Source: Escherichia coli
GTDB taxonomy: Bacteria > Pseudomonadota > Gammaproteobacteria > Enterobacterales > Enterobacteriaceae
DNA length: 64,000 nucleotides
NCBI GenBank assembly: GCA_025336685.1
Contig: GCA_025336685.1_4717.1
Strand: one strand, 5' to 3'
A program made the position numbers and the translations under genes. Of the stretch, positions 19,423-28,677 are shown piece after piece. The notes beneath the pieces were generated by a model. It worked only from the letters and a program-made list of their open reading frames with translations. It was not told the DNA's origin and searched no databases. Position 1 is the stretch's first letter. Each line of letters opens with the position of its first letter.

Positions 19423-19857
19423 TTATGTTCTAATATGCACATCGTCAATCCCCTCGGTAATCCAGCCGATGGGAAGGACAATCGTTGTTATCGTGTTATG
19501 GGTGTAGGGATTAAGAAAATGGAAATAGTAATTTTTGTTAGACTGTTCAATGCGTAGCTCGAGCTGCGCATCTTCAGGTAACCGTAACCAAGCACCGTAC
19601 AGCTCATTAAACTTACGCTGAATTTTACCCGGGTTCATTGGAACCCTACGACCACGGTGGCGTAGCTGACGTAATGATTCAATCAAACACTCAGAGATAC
19701 CCATTACCGTTCCGTTATCGCTTGCATCAATAACGATGAACTCATGTGACCCGCGACCATGATAGAATCCAGCAACAAGCGCAACGGCGACAACGACAAC
19801 CGTACCGATACCTACGTACCAATAGTAAACGTCCATAACAGCCTCACTTATGCCCAA
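19423..19857 (-). CDS. Predicted membrane protein (N-terminal transmembrane segment)
   Basis: Hydrophobic stretch YYWYVGIGTVVVVAVALVAGFY. Confidence 0.45.
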   Translation of the reverse strand: MGISEAVMDVYYWYVGIGTVVVVAVALVAGFYHGRGSHEFIVIDASDNGTVMGISECLIESLRQLRHRGRRVPMNPGKIQRKFNELYGAWLRLPEDAQLELRIEQSNKNYYFHFLNPYTHNTITTIVLPIGWITEGIDDVHIRT

Positions 19858-20423
19858 TAGTCGGCGAGCGGTTTCACCTTATTAATGGGTAACTGTACTT
19901 TACCGATGTTCTCTACATCCGCATCAGCGTAGAGAACGATTTTATCGTCGTCTCTTTCCCAACGTATAATAAATCGACCAGGAAGAAGATTACCCTGTTC
20001 AAGAGATGCTGTAACCTGTTGTGTTAAAACAGACAACCAAGCAGGCATCAGTGTTGCAATATCTAAGTCATTTGACCACTCAGCACGTTGCTCCACTGGA
20101 CGCAACATACGTTGGACGGTGCGTTGAACTGTTGCGGTGATATAGCCTTTATCTTCGTCACTGATTGGATCCGGACGAGACACGAAACGTTCAGCAGGCT
20201 TACGGGAAATATGTTCATGTAGTTTGATGAGTGGTGTTGTCATAGTACTCGCTCCATCAGAATGTAATTGGGTAACCCGCAGGGTTGTCTGCATGTTATT
20301 CAGAAGCGCAAAAGCGCCATAAACAACAACGATACCAAGTACAGCCAAAACAGAAATCATTAACGTGTATTGCATTGTCATCTTCCCCTCATACGCATCT
20401 TGAAGATTAGTTAAAAACAACAA
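19848..20423 (-). CDS. Predicted membrane protein (N-terminal transmembrane segment)
   Basis: Hydrophobic stretch LMISVLAVLGIVVVYGAFALL; short overlap with the downstream gene. Confidence 0.45.
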   Translation of the reverse strand: MLFLTNLQDAYEGKMTMQYTLMISVLAVLGIVVVYGAFALLNNMQTTLRVTQLHSDGASTMTTPLIKLHEHISRKPAERFVSRPDPISDEDKGYITATVQRTVQRMLRPVEQRAEWSNDLDIATLMPAWLSVLTQQVTASLEQGNLLPGRFIIRWERDDDKIVLYADADVENIGKVQLPINKVKPLADYWA

Positions 20424-20470
20424 AAGAAAAAACGATATAAAGCAAGGTCCTCTGATATCAGAGGACCTTG
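20411..20470 (-). terminator. Rho-independent terminator (minus strand): perfect 28-nt palindrome followed by a T-rich tract
   Basis: CAAGGTCCTCTGATATCAGAGGACCTTG at 20443..20470; minus-strand T-rich run corresponds to plus-strand 20411..20440. Confidence 0.6.
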
Positions 20471-20476
20471 GATCAA

Positions 20477-21160
20477 TTAGCTTGCAGCATCTTCATTTGT
20501 ATCAGGTTTGCTTCCCCCTAACAAACCGTCAAACAGACCTGTATGTTTCAGGTAGAAGATAGCGATAGCGCCCATCGCTGCTGCGCTCGTCGCCGTTAAC
20601 GCAACCCCAGCACGATACTGCCATTTACGGTCAGGCTTTTGATCAAGCGCCATACGACGCATGTATTCAGCCTCTGCTTCATTCCGATGAATTTCGGATT
20701 CGGCCAGACGGGCTAAGGTATCGCGGTCAAGGTTATCATAACGTACGTTCATGGAAGTTTCCTCTTGTTTGGAAGTTGATTGCTTAGTGGATTCTTGGTC
20801 AACAGTCGTTTCAGTTGGTTCAAACGGCTGGTTGTTCATTTTCTGATCTTTATTGGTCATGATAGACTCCTTCGATTTTTGAGACGAAATTGATTTAAAC
20901 CATCGTGGATGGCGGTATTCGGTTTTACATGTACAGTTAAGTTTCTCGTGCATGAAAGCGTAAAAACGTTTTGCACCTACACGTAAGGCTTTCAGCATTA
21001 TCCATCCACGAGCACTCAAACGGTGTAGCTGTTGCGGTATGTCGAGTTTCCTAGCCAAGCGAAAGTATCTCTCAATCACTTCGATAGGAAACCATTGTTG
21101 TTCCGCATCGGTGAGACTGAAAGTCTTATCCATGATTGAAATCTCGCTGGCTTGCTTCAC
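20477..21160 (-). CDS. Hypothetical protein with C-terminal transmembrane segment
   Basis: C-terminal hydrophobic stretch VALTATSAAAMGAIAIFYL; acidic/Ser-Thr-rich middle. Confidence 0.5.
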   Translation of the reverse strand: MKQASEISIMDKTFSLTDAEQQWFPIEVIERYFRLARKLDIPQQLHRLSARGWIMLKALRVGAKRFYAFMHEKLNCTCKTEYRHPRWFKSISSQKSKESIMTNKDQKMNNQPFEPTETTVDQESTKQSTSKQEETSMNVRYDNLDRDTLARLAESEIHRNEAEAEYMRRMALDQKPDRKWQYRAGVALTATSAAAMGAIAIFYLKHTGLFDGLLGGSKPDTNEDAAS

Positions 21161-21178
21161 CTAGGTAATATAGCCGTG
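21161..21178 (+). promoter_or_regulatory. Promoter-like motif CTAGGTAATATAGCCGTG in a divergent intergenic region
   Basis: Shares the AGGTAATATAG core with the 21-mers at 8034 and 35790; lies upstream of the plus-strand gene 21283..22104. Confidence 0.35.
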
Positions 21179-21282
21179 AAAAAAGTTGGATTAAGTTAAA
21201 TACCGCAACCTAACTAATTTTATAGGCCTACAGCCTAAACCAATCATCTTCGAAATCATCATCTACGAAACAGGAACCTATC

Positions 21283-22104
21283 ATGGAAAAAGTATTTGTT
21301 TGTAAGCTGTTTACTAACGGCAATAGCCAACCAATGTATCTGACCGATCCGGTTCTGGGTAATCGGAACAGTACTGTATTCAAAGAAGCTATCGAATACG
21401 CTAAAAATAAAGCCGTGAGAACACTGACGTCCGATGACTGTATCAATGGTATCACGTGGGCAGAGTTATTAGGTGATGCTGTTAGACACTTCGTTCGGGA
21501 TGCAAGAAAACAGGAAATCAGCCTCACGACCATTGTCGTGCGCGAAAACGCAGAAATTTTATCAAACGTTTTAGTTGATTTTAATGACGTTTACGTGTTT
21601 AATCCAGAGAACACTTTTGAACAATACCTTGCCGCCCTGAACAAACAGCTCGGTAAAGATGTTCATCCCGAATTCGCCAAGTTAACGTATCAAGTACTTT
21701 TTGACGACGTCGATCCGAATACGAAGATCAGCACCCGCTTAAACTGCCAGATAAAGAAATACGGATCGGTTCTTGCTACAGCGACACCTACCATCGATGG
21801 CGGTTATGATATCGAATTGGATTCTCCATTAAAAGAACAAGAACCTACTGGGGTTCGGGCAATACATCATACCCTCGTCGTTAAATCCGATGGTTGTGAT
21901 GAACATTACGCTATGACAAACGATGAAAATAATCACCGTTTAAGTCAAGCGATCGGTGTTCTACGTTATACCGAACCAACCACTGTAGACGATTATACTT
22001 CGACAACAACGCACACCACGTGTTTCATTTTCATTTATCCAAATGAAAGTGTGTACATTACTGACTGCTACGGCAACACGGTAGATAGCTTACGTCGTTA
22101 TTAA
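21283..22104 (+). CDS. Hypothetical protein (273 aa)
   Basis: ORF followed by a canonical terminator. Confidence 0.5.
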   Translation: MEKVFVCKLFTNGNSQPMYLTDPVLGNRNSTVFKEAIEYAKNKAVRTLTSDDCINGITWAELLGDAVRHFVRDARKQEISLTTIVVRENAEILSNVLVDFNDVYVFNPENTFEQYLAALNKQLGKDVHPEFAKLTYQVLFDDVDPNTKISTRLNCQIKKYGSVLATATPTIDGGYDIELDSPLKEQEPTGVRAIHHTLVVKSDGCDEHYAMTNDENNHRLSQAIGVLRYTEPTTVDDYTSTTTHTTCFIFIYPNESVYITDCYGNTVDSLRRY

Positions 22105-22110
22105 TCATGG

Positions 22111-22138
22111 AGCCTGTCCTTCGGGGCAGGCTTTTATG
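22111..22138 (+). terminator. Rho-independent terminator (GCCTGTCC-TTCG-GGGCAGGC + TTTTAT)
   Basis: 8-bp GC-rich stem, TTCG tetraloop, T-tract; immediately after the stop of 21283..22104. Confidence 0.65.
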
Positions 22139-22205
22139 CTGTTAAATATCAGGAATAAGAATTAACAAAATAGGAAAATGGTGTGAATATAACACAAAGG
22201 AGGGA

Positions 22206-22328
22206 GATGATTATGTTACTCATTCTAATGGAGAGAGCATTGCTGGCGGGTATATGCGCATTCTCTGTTAAACACGCTGTTGCTATCATGACTGAAGAAA
22301 GGCGTAATACGCATAATGTATTACGCTG
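22206..22328 (+). CDS. Small hydrophobic protein (40 aa), below the ORF-track size cut-off
   Basis: ATG with strong Shine-Dalgarno AAGGAGGGAG upstream; fills the gap before 22335; encodes MIMLLILMERALLAGICAFSV... Confidence 0.35.
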
Positions 22329-22334
22329 AAAACA

Positions 22335-22748
22335 ATGTCTGCATTAGTGTATGACGAGAAATCGTCGAGGCCCCCGTCTTCACGAGGGCCAACACCTATG
22401 CGCGACTATTTACCATCTACGAAACAAAGGGTTATAAACATGAGCAATTTGAATGTTGAATTTACTTCAACAACGCCCGTCATGAATGGCGTTGGTACTG
22501 AAACTAAGATCGTATTAGAACCCATCCCGGGGTTACGTGATCTCGGTGATTTTTACCAACTGATGCCACGTATACGTAACGCCTTAAACAGTATCGATCT
22601 TGATTCTGATAAAGATTTCCAACACGATACAGAAAATACCGATCATGTGTTGCTACCATCAGGGATCGGAAAATTCACCTACACGCAAACATTGAAAGCC
22701 TCCGATGGTGAAATCCGTCGTTTTATTGTTGAAGTAGAAAGCGCATAA
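22335..22748 (+). CDS. Hypothetical protein (137 aa)
   Basis: ORF followed by a family hairpin at 22753..22784. Confidence 0.5.
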   Translation: MSALVYDEKSSRPPSSRGPTPMRDYLPSTKQRVINMSNLNVEFTSTTPVMNGVGTETKIVLEPIPGLRDLGDFYQLMPRIRNALNSIDLDSDKDFQHDTENTDHVLLPSGIGKFTYTQTLKASDGEIRRFIVEVESA

Positions 22749-22752
22749 AAAC

Positions 22753-22784
22753 CATCCTCCCAACCCGTAAGGGAAGGGAGGATG
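22753..22784. terminator. Family hairpin CATCCTCCCAACCC-GTAA-GGGAAGGGAGGATG at a convergent junction
   Basis: 14-nt arms with a single AA/AA mismatch; between convergent genes 22335..22748 (+) and 22802..23443 (-). Confidence 0.55.
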
Positions 22785-22801
22785 AAATATGCCGTTATAT
22801 G

Positions 22802-23443
22802 TTATTCAACAAATCCCGCGTTCAACAAATTGTCGTAAACACGATTAGCGACATCAACAGGAGAATGTGTGTTACTGGTGTCTATACACAACGTTTTCGC
22901 GTCGCCGAGATAGTCCATAAAATCCATGTAACGATAACGTCGTTTATTGAATGTCGCTTCATCGATGTTATCAAACATCTGATGTTTAGCGTGTCGAACA
23001 CGGAATCGCCTTAAATACGTAGGATAGTCAATATCCAGATAAACGTAGTAAGACGGCATGATAATCGACGGTAGGTTCGGCAACAACGCATCAAACAGCT
23101 TAACGTTGGCATCATTAACCTGATAAACGTACGTCGAAGCAATCGAACGATCGCTAAGCACAGTCTTCCCTTCGTTAAGGGCTGGATGAATCACCTTATT
23201 GAAGAGATGATTACGTTGCGACATCATCGCCAACAGTTCAGTTTCTGGATCGAATCTGTTCGTTGGCGTCTGATCTTCCAGGATAAGTTTACGAATCGCT
23301 TCTCCGTAGAGTGTACCACCGGGTTCACGTACGACGCAGACGTTGTTTAAACGACTGTGTAAAGACGAGATAACCGAACTCTTTCCTGAATAATCCAGAC
23401 CTTCAATAACGATATATTTATTACGAGACATTCCCCGCTCCAA
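22802..23443 (-). CDS. tmk: Thymidylate (dTMP) kinase
   Basis: N-terminal KYIVIEGLDYSGKSS P-loop, REPGGT and DRSI(A)S motifs match the bacterial Tmk pattern (KYIVIEGLEGAGKTT ... REPGGT ... DR). Confidence 0.75.
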   Translation of the reverse strand: MERGMSRNKYIVIEGLDYSGKSSVISSLHSRLNNVCVVREPGGTLYGEAIRKLILEDQTPTNRFDPETELLAMMSQRNHLFNKVIHPALNEGKTVLSDRSIASTYVYQVNDANVKLFDALLPNLPSIIMPSYYVYLDIDYPTYLRRFRVRHAKHQMFDNIDEATFNKRRYRYMDFMDYLGDAKTLCIDTSNTHSPVDVANRVYDNLLNAGFVE

Positions 23444-23447
23444 TTAA

Positions 23448-24629
23448 CTATTTCGTTTTCGCCGTCAACGGTTGCGATACCGTAATCTCGACACGATTCT
23501 CATCGGTACGTTTAACGATGATAAGGCTGCGTTCATCACCGAATGGTGCTGCTACCTCGGAAGCCTCTTTAAGATTTTCAAGAATCTCACCGAAAGCTTC
23601 AAATACCGCAAAACCAGAGCTAACATCAATTCTTACTAAATGTACACACACATCGTTTACGGTAACGGTGTCATCCGTCTTGAACCCGCAACAGGAGGGT
23701 AGACAGAACTGACCGTCAGCGCAATTAGCTAGGCATGCCTCGCCACCGAACATTTCTATTAACGTCACCGGTTTAAATGTTTTCTCTGGGAAAGCGCTAT
23801 TAAGGGTATCGTTTCCATTCACGAACCAGATCGTTACTTTATCTTCAGAATACACCAGCCGGTACGGTTGGGTTGCGGACGCTTGCGCTTTATGCTGGTT
23901 AAATAACTTTGATTTTGTCGCAATCACAGCACGACCTTCGGCGTCGAAGTACAGAACTTCATACCCAACACATCCGATAAACACACGACGGTTATTAAGT
24001 TCCGGAATTCTGACTAATAATGCTTCACCGTTGTATCCGGTAGGAACAATACCACGTAGGATGATAGATTCATTGTTCAATACCGAGTTGTCTGCAGTGA
24101 TACTTCGCATTACCGCTGGCGTCACTATTTTATCTGCGGTAGGTTCAGGTTGCTCAGCAATGCGGTCAAAAGGTTCGATGGATACCATGGGAACGAAGTA
24201 TTCAACTATATACTTGTTTTCAGCACCAACGTCCATGACGGTGATCTGCAAACGCGTAGCATCCGAATTCAATGCTTGTCTCACACGTTCCGCATTAGGA
24301 GTATCGCGGTCAATATGAATCAAGGCTTTTACCACACCGTCGTCTTCCAACCATCCTGTTAAAACGCGACCGACGATATCATTCACGTCACGAATCGGGA
24401 AGCACACTTCAGCGCCATCGAGCACCGCTACGATTTTACTGCTAATGACGGGCACCTTACCGTCGTTAAGATGTGCCAACAGACCGGTTAATGCATCTTC
24501 ACTAACCGGATATTTTGTCGTCGTACTGACCACCGGTATGATAAAACGATCTTCGCCGTATTTCTCTGCACCACAGATAACCGGGACTTGAGGACATTGA
24601 TCAACTAGGCCCCATTCAACAGTAATCAT
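23448..24629 (-). CDS. Hypothetical protein (393 aa) with C-terminal Cys-rich cluster
   Basis: Six cysteines within about 25 residues (CLANCADGQFCLPSCCGF...C) suggest a metal-binding site. Confidence 0.5.
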   Translation of the reverse strand: MITVEWGLVDQCPQVPVICGAEKYGEDRFIIPVVSTTTKYPVSEDALTGLLAHLNDGKVPVISSKIVAVLDGAEVCFPIRDVNDIVGRVLTGWLEDDGVVKALIHIDRDTPNAERVRQALNSDATRLQITVMDVGAENKYIVEYFVPMVSIEPFDRIAEQPEPTADKIVTPAVMRSITADNSVLNNESIILRGIVPTGYNGEALLVRIPELNNRRVFIGCVGYEVLYFDAEGRAVIATKSKLFNQHKAQASATQPYRLVYSEDKVTIWFVNGNDTLNSAFPEKTFKPVTLIEMFGGEACLANCADGQFCLPSCCGFKTDDTVTVNDVCVHLVRIDVSSGFAVFEAFGEILENLKEASEVAAPFGDERSLIIVKRTDENRVEITVSQPLTAKTK

Positions 24630-24661
24630 AACGTTTTCCTTCTTGGGTTTTGTACATGTTG

Positions 24662-25276
24662 CTAACGGCGTTTTGTACCGACCTTCCCATTTCGATGGTC
24701 ATCAAGAATACGCCATTCTTCGAACAGGAGTTCAGCTGCGAAATAACCTACGGCGATGCTGTCTATCGCATGCTCATCAAGATTCGCTAACACAACACCG
24801 TTTCTGGGTGTGATGTTCATGAGGTTCAACACTTTCTGGCGAACATCGTCCTTACCGACACGTGACGTCATGATCCCAACGGCGCGTTTTGCGCTTCGGT
24901 TATCAACCCCTAAGAAAGACACCGTAGGGTCAAAATCGATAACCGTTGTCTGAATCGCTGAAAACAGCTCGCTGAGCGCCATACCGCTTTGCTTGAAACG
25001 ACCGATAAACGGTGTTTCACAAGCGACCGCCTGCGGTTGGTACTCTTGCAATAACGACGTCAGCGAACGACGGTGTTCTTGGATACGTGCGGCACGGTTA
25101 CCGTATCCAAGAGCAATATCACCATCAGGATCATATCGGCGTGAGGCGTGCCATGTCCCCGCATAAAGCAGTTCAATATCTTCGACACGCACGTCCAAAC
25201 GCAGTAACGACGCACCGAGTGTATCGGTGCCGGGGTCGATTGCCAGAATATCGTAAGCGTATTCTGGTGGGATCAT
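24662..25276 (-). CDS. RuvC-like Holliday junction resolvase (start moved to ATG 25276, ATGA-coupled to the upstream gene)
   Basis: ILAIDPGTDTLG (first catalytic Asp), ACETPF (Glu), DEHAIDSIAVGYF (His/Asp) follow the RuvC-family arrangement. Confidence 0.6.
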   Translation of the reverse strand: MIPPEYAYDILAIDPGTDTLGASLLRLDVRVEDIELLYAGTWHASRRYDPDGDIALGYGNRAARIQEHRRSLTSLLQEYQPQAVACETPFIGRFKQSGMALSELFSAIQTTVIDFDPTVSFLGVDNRSAKRAVGIMTSRVGKDDVRQKVLNLMNITPRNGVVLANLDEHAIDSIAVGYFAAELLFEEWRILDDHRNGKVGTKRR

Positions 25277-26088
25277 GGTGTTACAACAGCCTCTACCGAC
25301 CACGGGAAGGTTTTCGCAATAACGCCTTCCAGGAAGCGTTCAACTTCGGCTTGCTCATACACCGAAAGCTTTTCAAACGGCGTTTGGTCCTCGGTTAAAC
25401 CCACCGCATGAATGGGACCCAGATCTTTAACCAGGGTAACTTCACCTTTAACGCCTTCACGTTTAACGATAACCGCGTGGTCATTAACCTTAGGATCATA
25501 CAACACACGCATCATGGTTACCGCGTCATCCGGCTCATAACCGAAATCGATCGCAACGCGAGCACTCGTCCCTTCTTCATCCAAGAGCTTGCTCAACGCT
25601 TTACAGCGGTCTTCAATCCAATCCAACGCAACCACGGTTTCTTGGCGTAGCTGAACCTCAACCTCTTTTCCTTGTTCATCGATACGTTTCACGGTAACAA
25701 AATCACGCAATAAGCGGTCAGGAAGAAGGGAAGCGATAAGTTCAACGTTGGGTTCGGGTTTATCGTTTTCCAGGATGATGGTCGCTTGTGCGTCCAGATG
25801 TTCTTTAAAACGGATGTAACGTGTTAATCGCAGAACTTCATCCTGGGATTTTGCGTCTTCGGGAATAATCTCCGTCATGACGTTATAAATCTTTTCAGCG
25901 AACGTTGGAATTACGGTGATTGTAATTCGTGCTGGTGTACCACGCTCCTGGTACTCATCGGCTAACTTCTTTGCCATCCCGTTAAAGTAGGTCTGGAGAA
26001 ACGGTTGTTGGGTTAAAAACATTTTTTCCAGATCGGAATAGCGATGCTTGCGCGCGTGGCCTAGCTTCTTCATGGGCTTTTTCATCAA
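25273..26088 (-). CDS. Hypothetical protein (271 aa) co-transcribed between the Rad50-like ATPase and the RuvC-like resolvase
   Basis: No Mre11/SbcD phosphoesterase motifs (DxH, GDxxD, GNHE) detectable. Confidence 0.5.
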   Translation of the reverse strand: MMKKPMKKLGHARKHRYSDLEKMFLTQQPFLQTYFNGMAKKLADEYQERGTPARITITVIPTFAEKIYNVMTEIIPEDAKSQDEVLRLTRYIRFKEHLDAQATIILENDKPEPNVELIASLLPDRLLRDFVTVKRIDEQGKEVEVQLRQETVVALDWIEDRCKALSKLLDEEGTSARVAIDFGYEPDDAVTMMRVLYDPKVNDHAVIVKREGVKGEVTLVKDLGPIHAVGLTEDQTPFEKLSVYEQAEVERFLEGVIAKTFPWSVEAVVTP

Positions 26089-26106
26089 CAGAAATCCTTA
26101 TTTATC

Positions 26107-28626
26107 TTAAATAATCGTGACATGTTCGTTATACGTTTCAGGGAGAATGATGTTCGTTTTGTCGAGAACCATACACTCGGCTTTACGGAATGATGCGTGA
26201 TTGATAACATAGTGGCTGATGAACCACACTTGGCTTACACGGTGACCATCGACCAAACGACGAACAAAATCCATGGCATTAGATTGGTGCTGCGGATCAA
26301 ATGTTGATGCGAATTCATCCAGCATCAAGGGATAATCCGTAAACCCTTTGTAATGCATCATCGCGATGATAAACGCGATATTGATAATTTCCTTTTGCCC
26401 CTTACTCCCATAAACAATATCTTTTCGCGGTGTCGGATACTTCTCGGTTAGCAGCGGGAAACGATAATTCAATCCTTGCGCATCGATAGCACAAGGGAGT
26501 ATCTGAAGTTGGTATTCCCAAATACTCGCAATGATACCGTTCATGTATTCGACGAACGCGTTGATTGGACCAGCAATTGTTTCAGCAATCAGGCCGTTAG
26601 ATGGACTTAACTCATCCAGAACAAGTTGTGTGTAACTGAGTTGTTCTTCCACCTCTTTTTGCGTTGTTTCCAGCTGAGCCAAAAGCTGTTGGTCGGTTTT
26701 AGCTTCCTGTAACTGCTGTTCGACATGACTTATTCGTCGAACCGTATCAGACATCGCAGCGCGTAATGATTTCGTGTAGAGGTGTTGCAGATACTCCAAC
26801 CACAGTTGTGTTAACGCTTTATCGCTACTATCAGAACGCACCTGGTCTTCCATAATCGCCGTAATGGTTTCCAATCTACCTTCCGTTGCTGTGATGGCTT
26901 GGGTCAATCGTTCAACGGTCGTTAGCAACTCCGTCCTGTTCTTATAAAGCAGTTCTCGGCGTTGCTGTAATGGTTCAACATCAACAGCTTGTACACGTTC
27001 GAGCATGCCTTGAAGATGCTTCCGTTCTTGTTCGGCTTGGGTGTAACGCGCAAGCTTCTCAAATGCGAGCAGCCAATCATTAATGATTCCAATACTGCGA
27101 AACCCTAATCCGTTTTTACGTCCTTCTTCCAGCAGATTGTCCCACATGGGTTTAATGGCGTAATAATCTTTCGTCCAACGTGTTAACTGACGATGCTGCT
27201 CCATCCAAAGCGTATAACGCTGAACCTTCTCACTCAGCTCAGCTAACGATTTCTCTTGTTCTTCAACCCAAGCACGGCCCTTCTGAATACGTTGTTCGAT
27301 GCTTGCTTTGCTGGTCTTTTCTGTCTCACCAACATGAAAGCGATAATTGCATTTTGGGCAGCTGGTCTGGGGTTGATGGTTAAGGTGGTCAAGATGCGCT
27401 TCCAAGTCAGCTAACGCATGTTTCGCGTTACGCAAACGCATTCGTGCCGCCTCTTCCTCCTTGATGTAAGCTTCAGCATCGTAAACATGATAGGTGTTGT
27501 CGGTATCAATCCATTCTTGCAATAGTTCCGTTAACGGAGCCTGAACTTGCGTGAGCTGTTGTAAACAAACCGCGGCGTCCAGATTCATCGTTAAAAGCTC
27601 ACCTGGATGATCATGCTGGAGTTGTTCGTCCAAACGGGCAAGGCGGGCTTTAATCTGATCGATATCGCCTTCTCCAGACTGTTTCAACTGGTCAAGGATA
27701 TTATCGATACCCAACAGCTCGTCAACCTGACTTTCGAGTTTCGCATTCGCATTCGCGAGTTGCTCTCTTAGTTCAGCCAGATTCCGCTGTTCTTGTTGCG
27801 ATGTTCCTCCTTGGTAACGAACAACTGCACGAAGAAGCTCGCGATTAAAATGATGGGCACGTTGTGTGGATTCCAGAAGCTGTCGTTGATCGACATCGCT
27901 ATCGAATAACGGCAATCCCATCATCGCTTCGAGCGCTGAGCGTTGCTGCTTTAACTCTGCTTCCAATCCCTGGTGGTCGGTTCCAGTGTATTTCGCTTCA
28001 ATTCGCTGTGACGTTTCAACCAACTTATTCAATGTATGCTCATTCACCGCTTTCAGTGAACGTACTTGTTGCTTAACCACCTGAAACAACTCAAGCGCAT
28101 AATCGACGTTAACCGGACATATCTGTGTTAATCGTTCGCGTCGTTTCATCGGTCCCATTTCGGTGAACTGGTAAGCTGTTTCGTAACCTAACAACAAACG
28201 AATGGTGTCGTCATTAAGTTCGAAATGTTCTTCGATCAGTTTCCACTGGGCTGGTTGTGTACCACCACCGTTCAGGTTCTCGCTGTCGTTAACGTAGAAC
28301 TCGTGCTTAAACCCTTTTTCTAAACGACTGATAAGACGGTATTGCTTATTACGGTGTTCGCAGCGGTACTCGTAATACCCATCTTTATCAAAATCGGCGC
28401 GCTCGGGAACGGTTGGATACAGCAAAGGCAGTAGACTACTCTTACCCGAACCGTTACTACCTAAAATGAGTTGTACGGGATTATCTGGCCGGATGACCAG
28501 CTCCCGAATCATCCCGGTATCAAAACGATTGAATCCACGTAAGTGGAGATAGGTGCATCGCATGCTATGATAATCCTTCTTCGATACCTTCTGAACCCGT
28601 GGTTCAGAATGCGAAGCTGAAGCCAT
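26107..28626 (-). CDS. Rad50/SbcC-like SMC-type ATPase with coiled-coil and CxxC zinc hook
   Basis: Walker A GSNGSGKSS; long heptad-rich middle; CPKC hook-like motif; C-terminal signature-like SKGQKE, Walker B YPLMLDEFAS, H-loop ISHY. Confidence 0.7.
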   Translation of the reverse strand: MASASHSEPRVQKVSKKDYHSMRCTYLHLRGFNRFDTGMIRELVIRPDNPVQLILGSNGSGKSSLLPLLYPTVPERADFDKDGYYEYRCEHRNKQYRLISRLEKGFKHEFYVNDSENLNGGGTQPAQWKLIEEHFELNDDTIRLLLGYETAYQFTEMGPMKRRERLTQICPVNVDYALELFQVVKQQVRSLKAVNEHTLNKLVETSQRIEAKYTGTDHQGLEAELKQQRSALEAMMGLPLFDSDVDQRQLLESTQRAHHFNRELLRAVVRYQGGTSQQEQRNLAELREQLANANAKLESQVDELLGIDNILDQLKQSGEGDIDQIKARLARLDEQLQHDHPGELLTMNLDAAVCLQQLTQVQAPLTELLQEWIDTDNTYHVYDAEAYIKEEEAARMRLRNAKHALADLEAHLDHLNHQPQTSCPKCNYRFHVGETEKTSKASIEQRIQKGRAWVEEQEKSLAELSEKVQRYTLWMEQHRQLTRWTKDYYAIKPMWDNLLEEGRKNGLGFRSIGIINDWLLAFEKLARYTQAEQERKHLQGMLERVQAVDVEPLQQRRELLYKNRTELLTTVERLTQAITATEGRLETITAIMEDQVRSDSSDKALTQLWLEYLQHLYTKSLRAAMSDTVRRISHVEQQLQEAKTDQQLLAQLETTQKEVEEQLSYTQLVLDELSPSNGLIAETIAGPINAFVEYMNGIIASIWEYQLQILPCAIDAQGLNYRFPLLTEKYPTPRKDIVYGSKGQKEIINIAFIIAMMHYKGFTDYPLMLDEFASTFDPQHQSNAMDFVRRLVDGHRVSQVWFISHYVINHASFRKAECMVLDKTNIILPETYNEHVTII

Positions 28627-28677
28627 ACTTCAGCGTTATTTTCTATATCGTTATTTAAATCAGTAGGAGATTACAGC

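Noticed and set aside
19423-21160. Lysis cassette (holin/spanin) formed by three membrane proteins
   Set aside because: The endolysin lies 17 kb away and the proteins are larger than typical holins; membrane topology alone is insufficient evidence.
25273-26088. SbcD/Mre11 nuclease partner of the Rad50-like ATPase
   Set aside because: No metallophosphatase motifs (DxH, GDxxDR, GNHE) are present in this or the adjacent ORFs.
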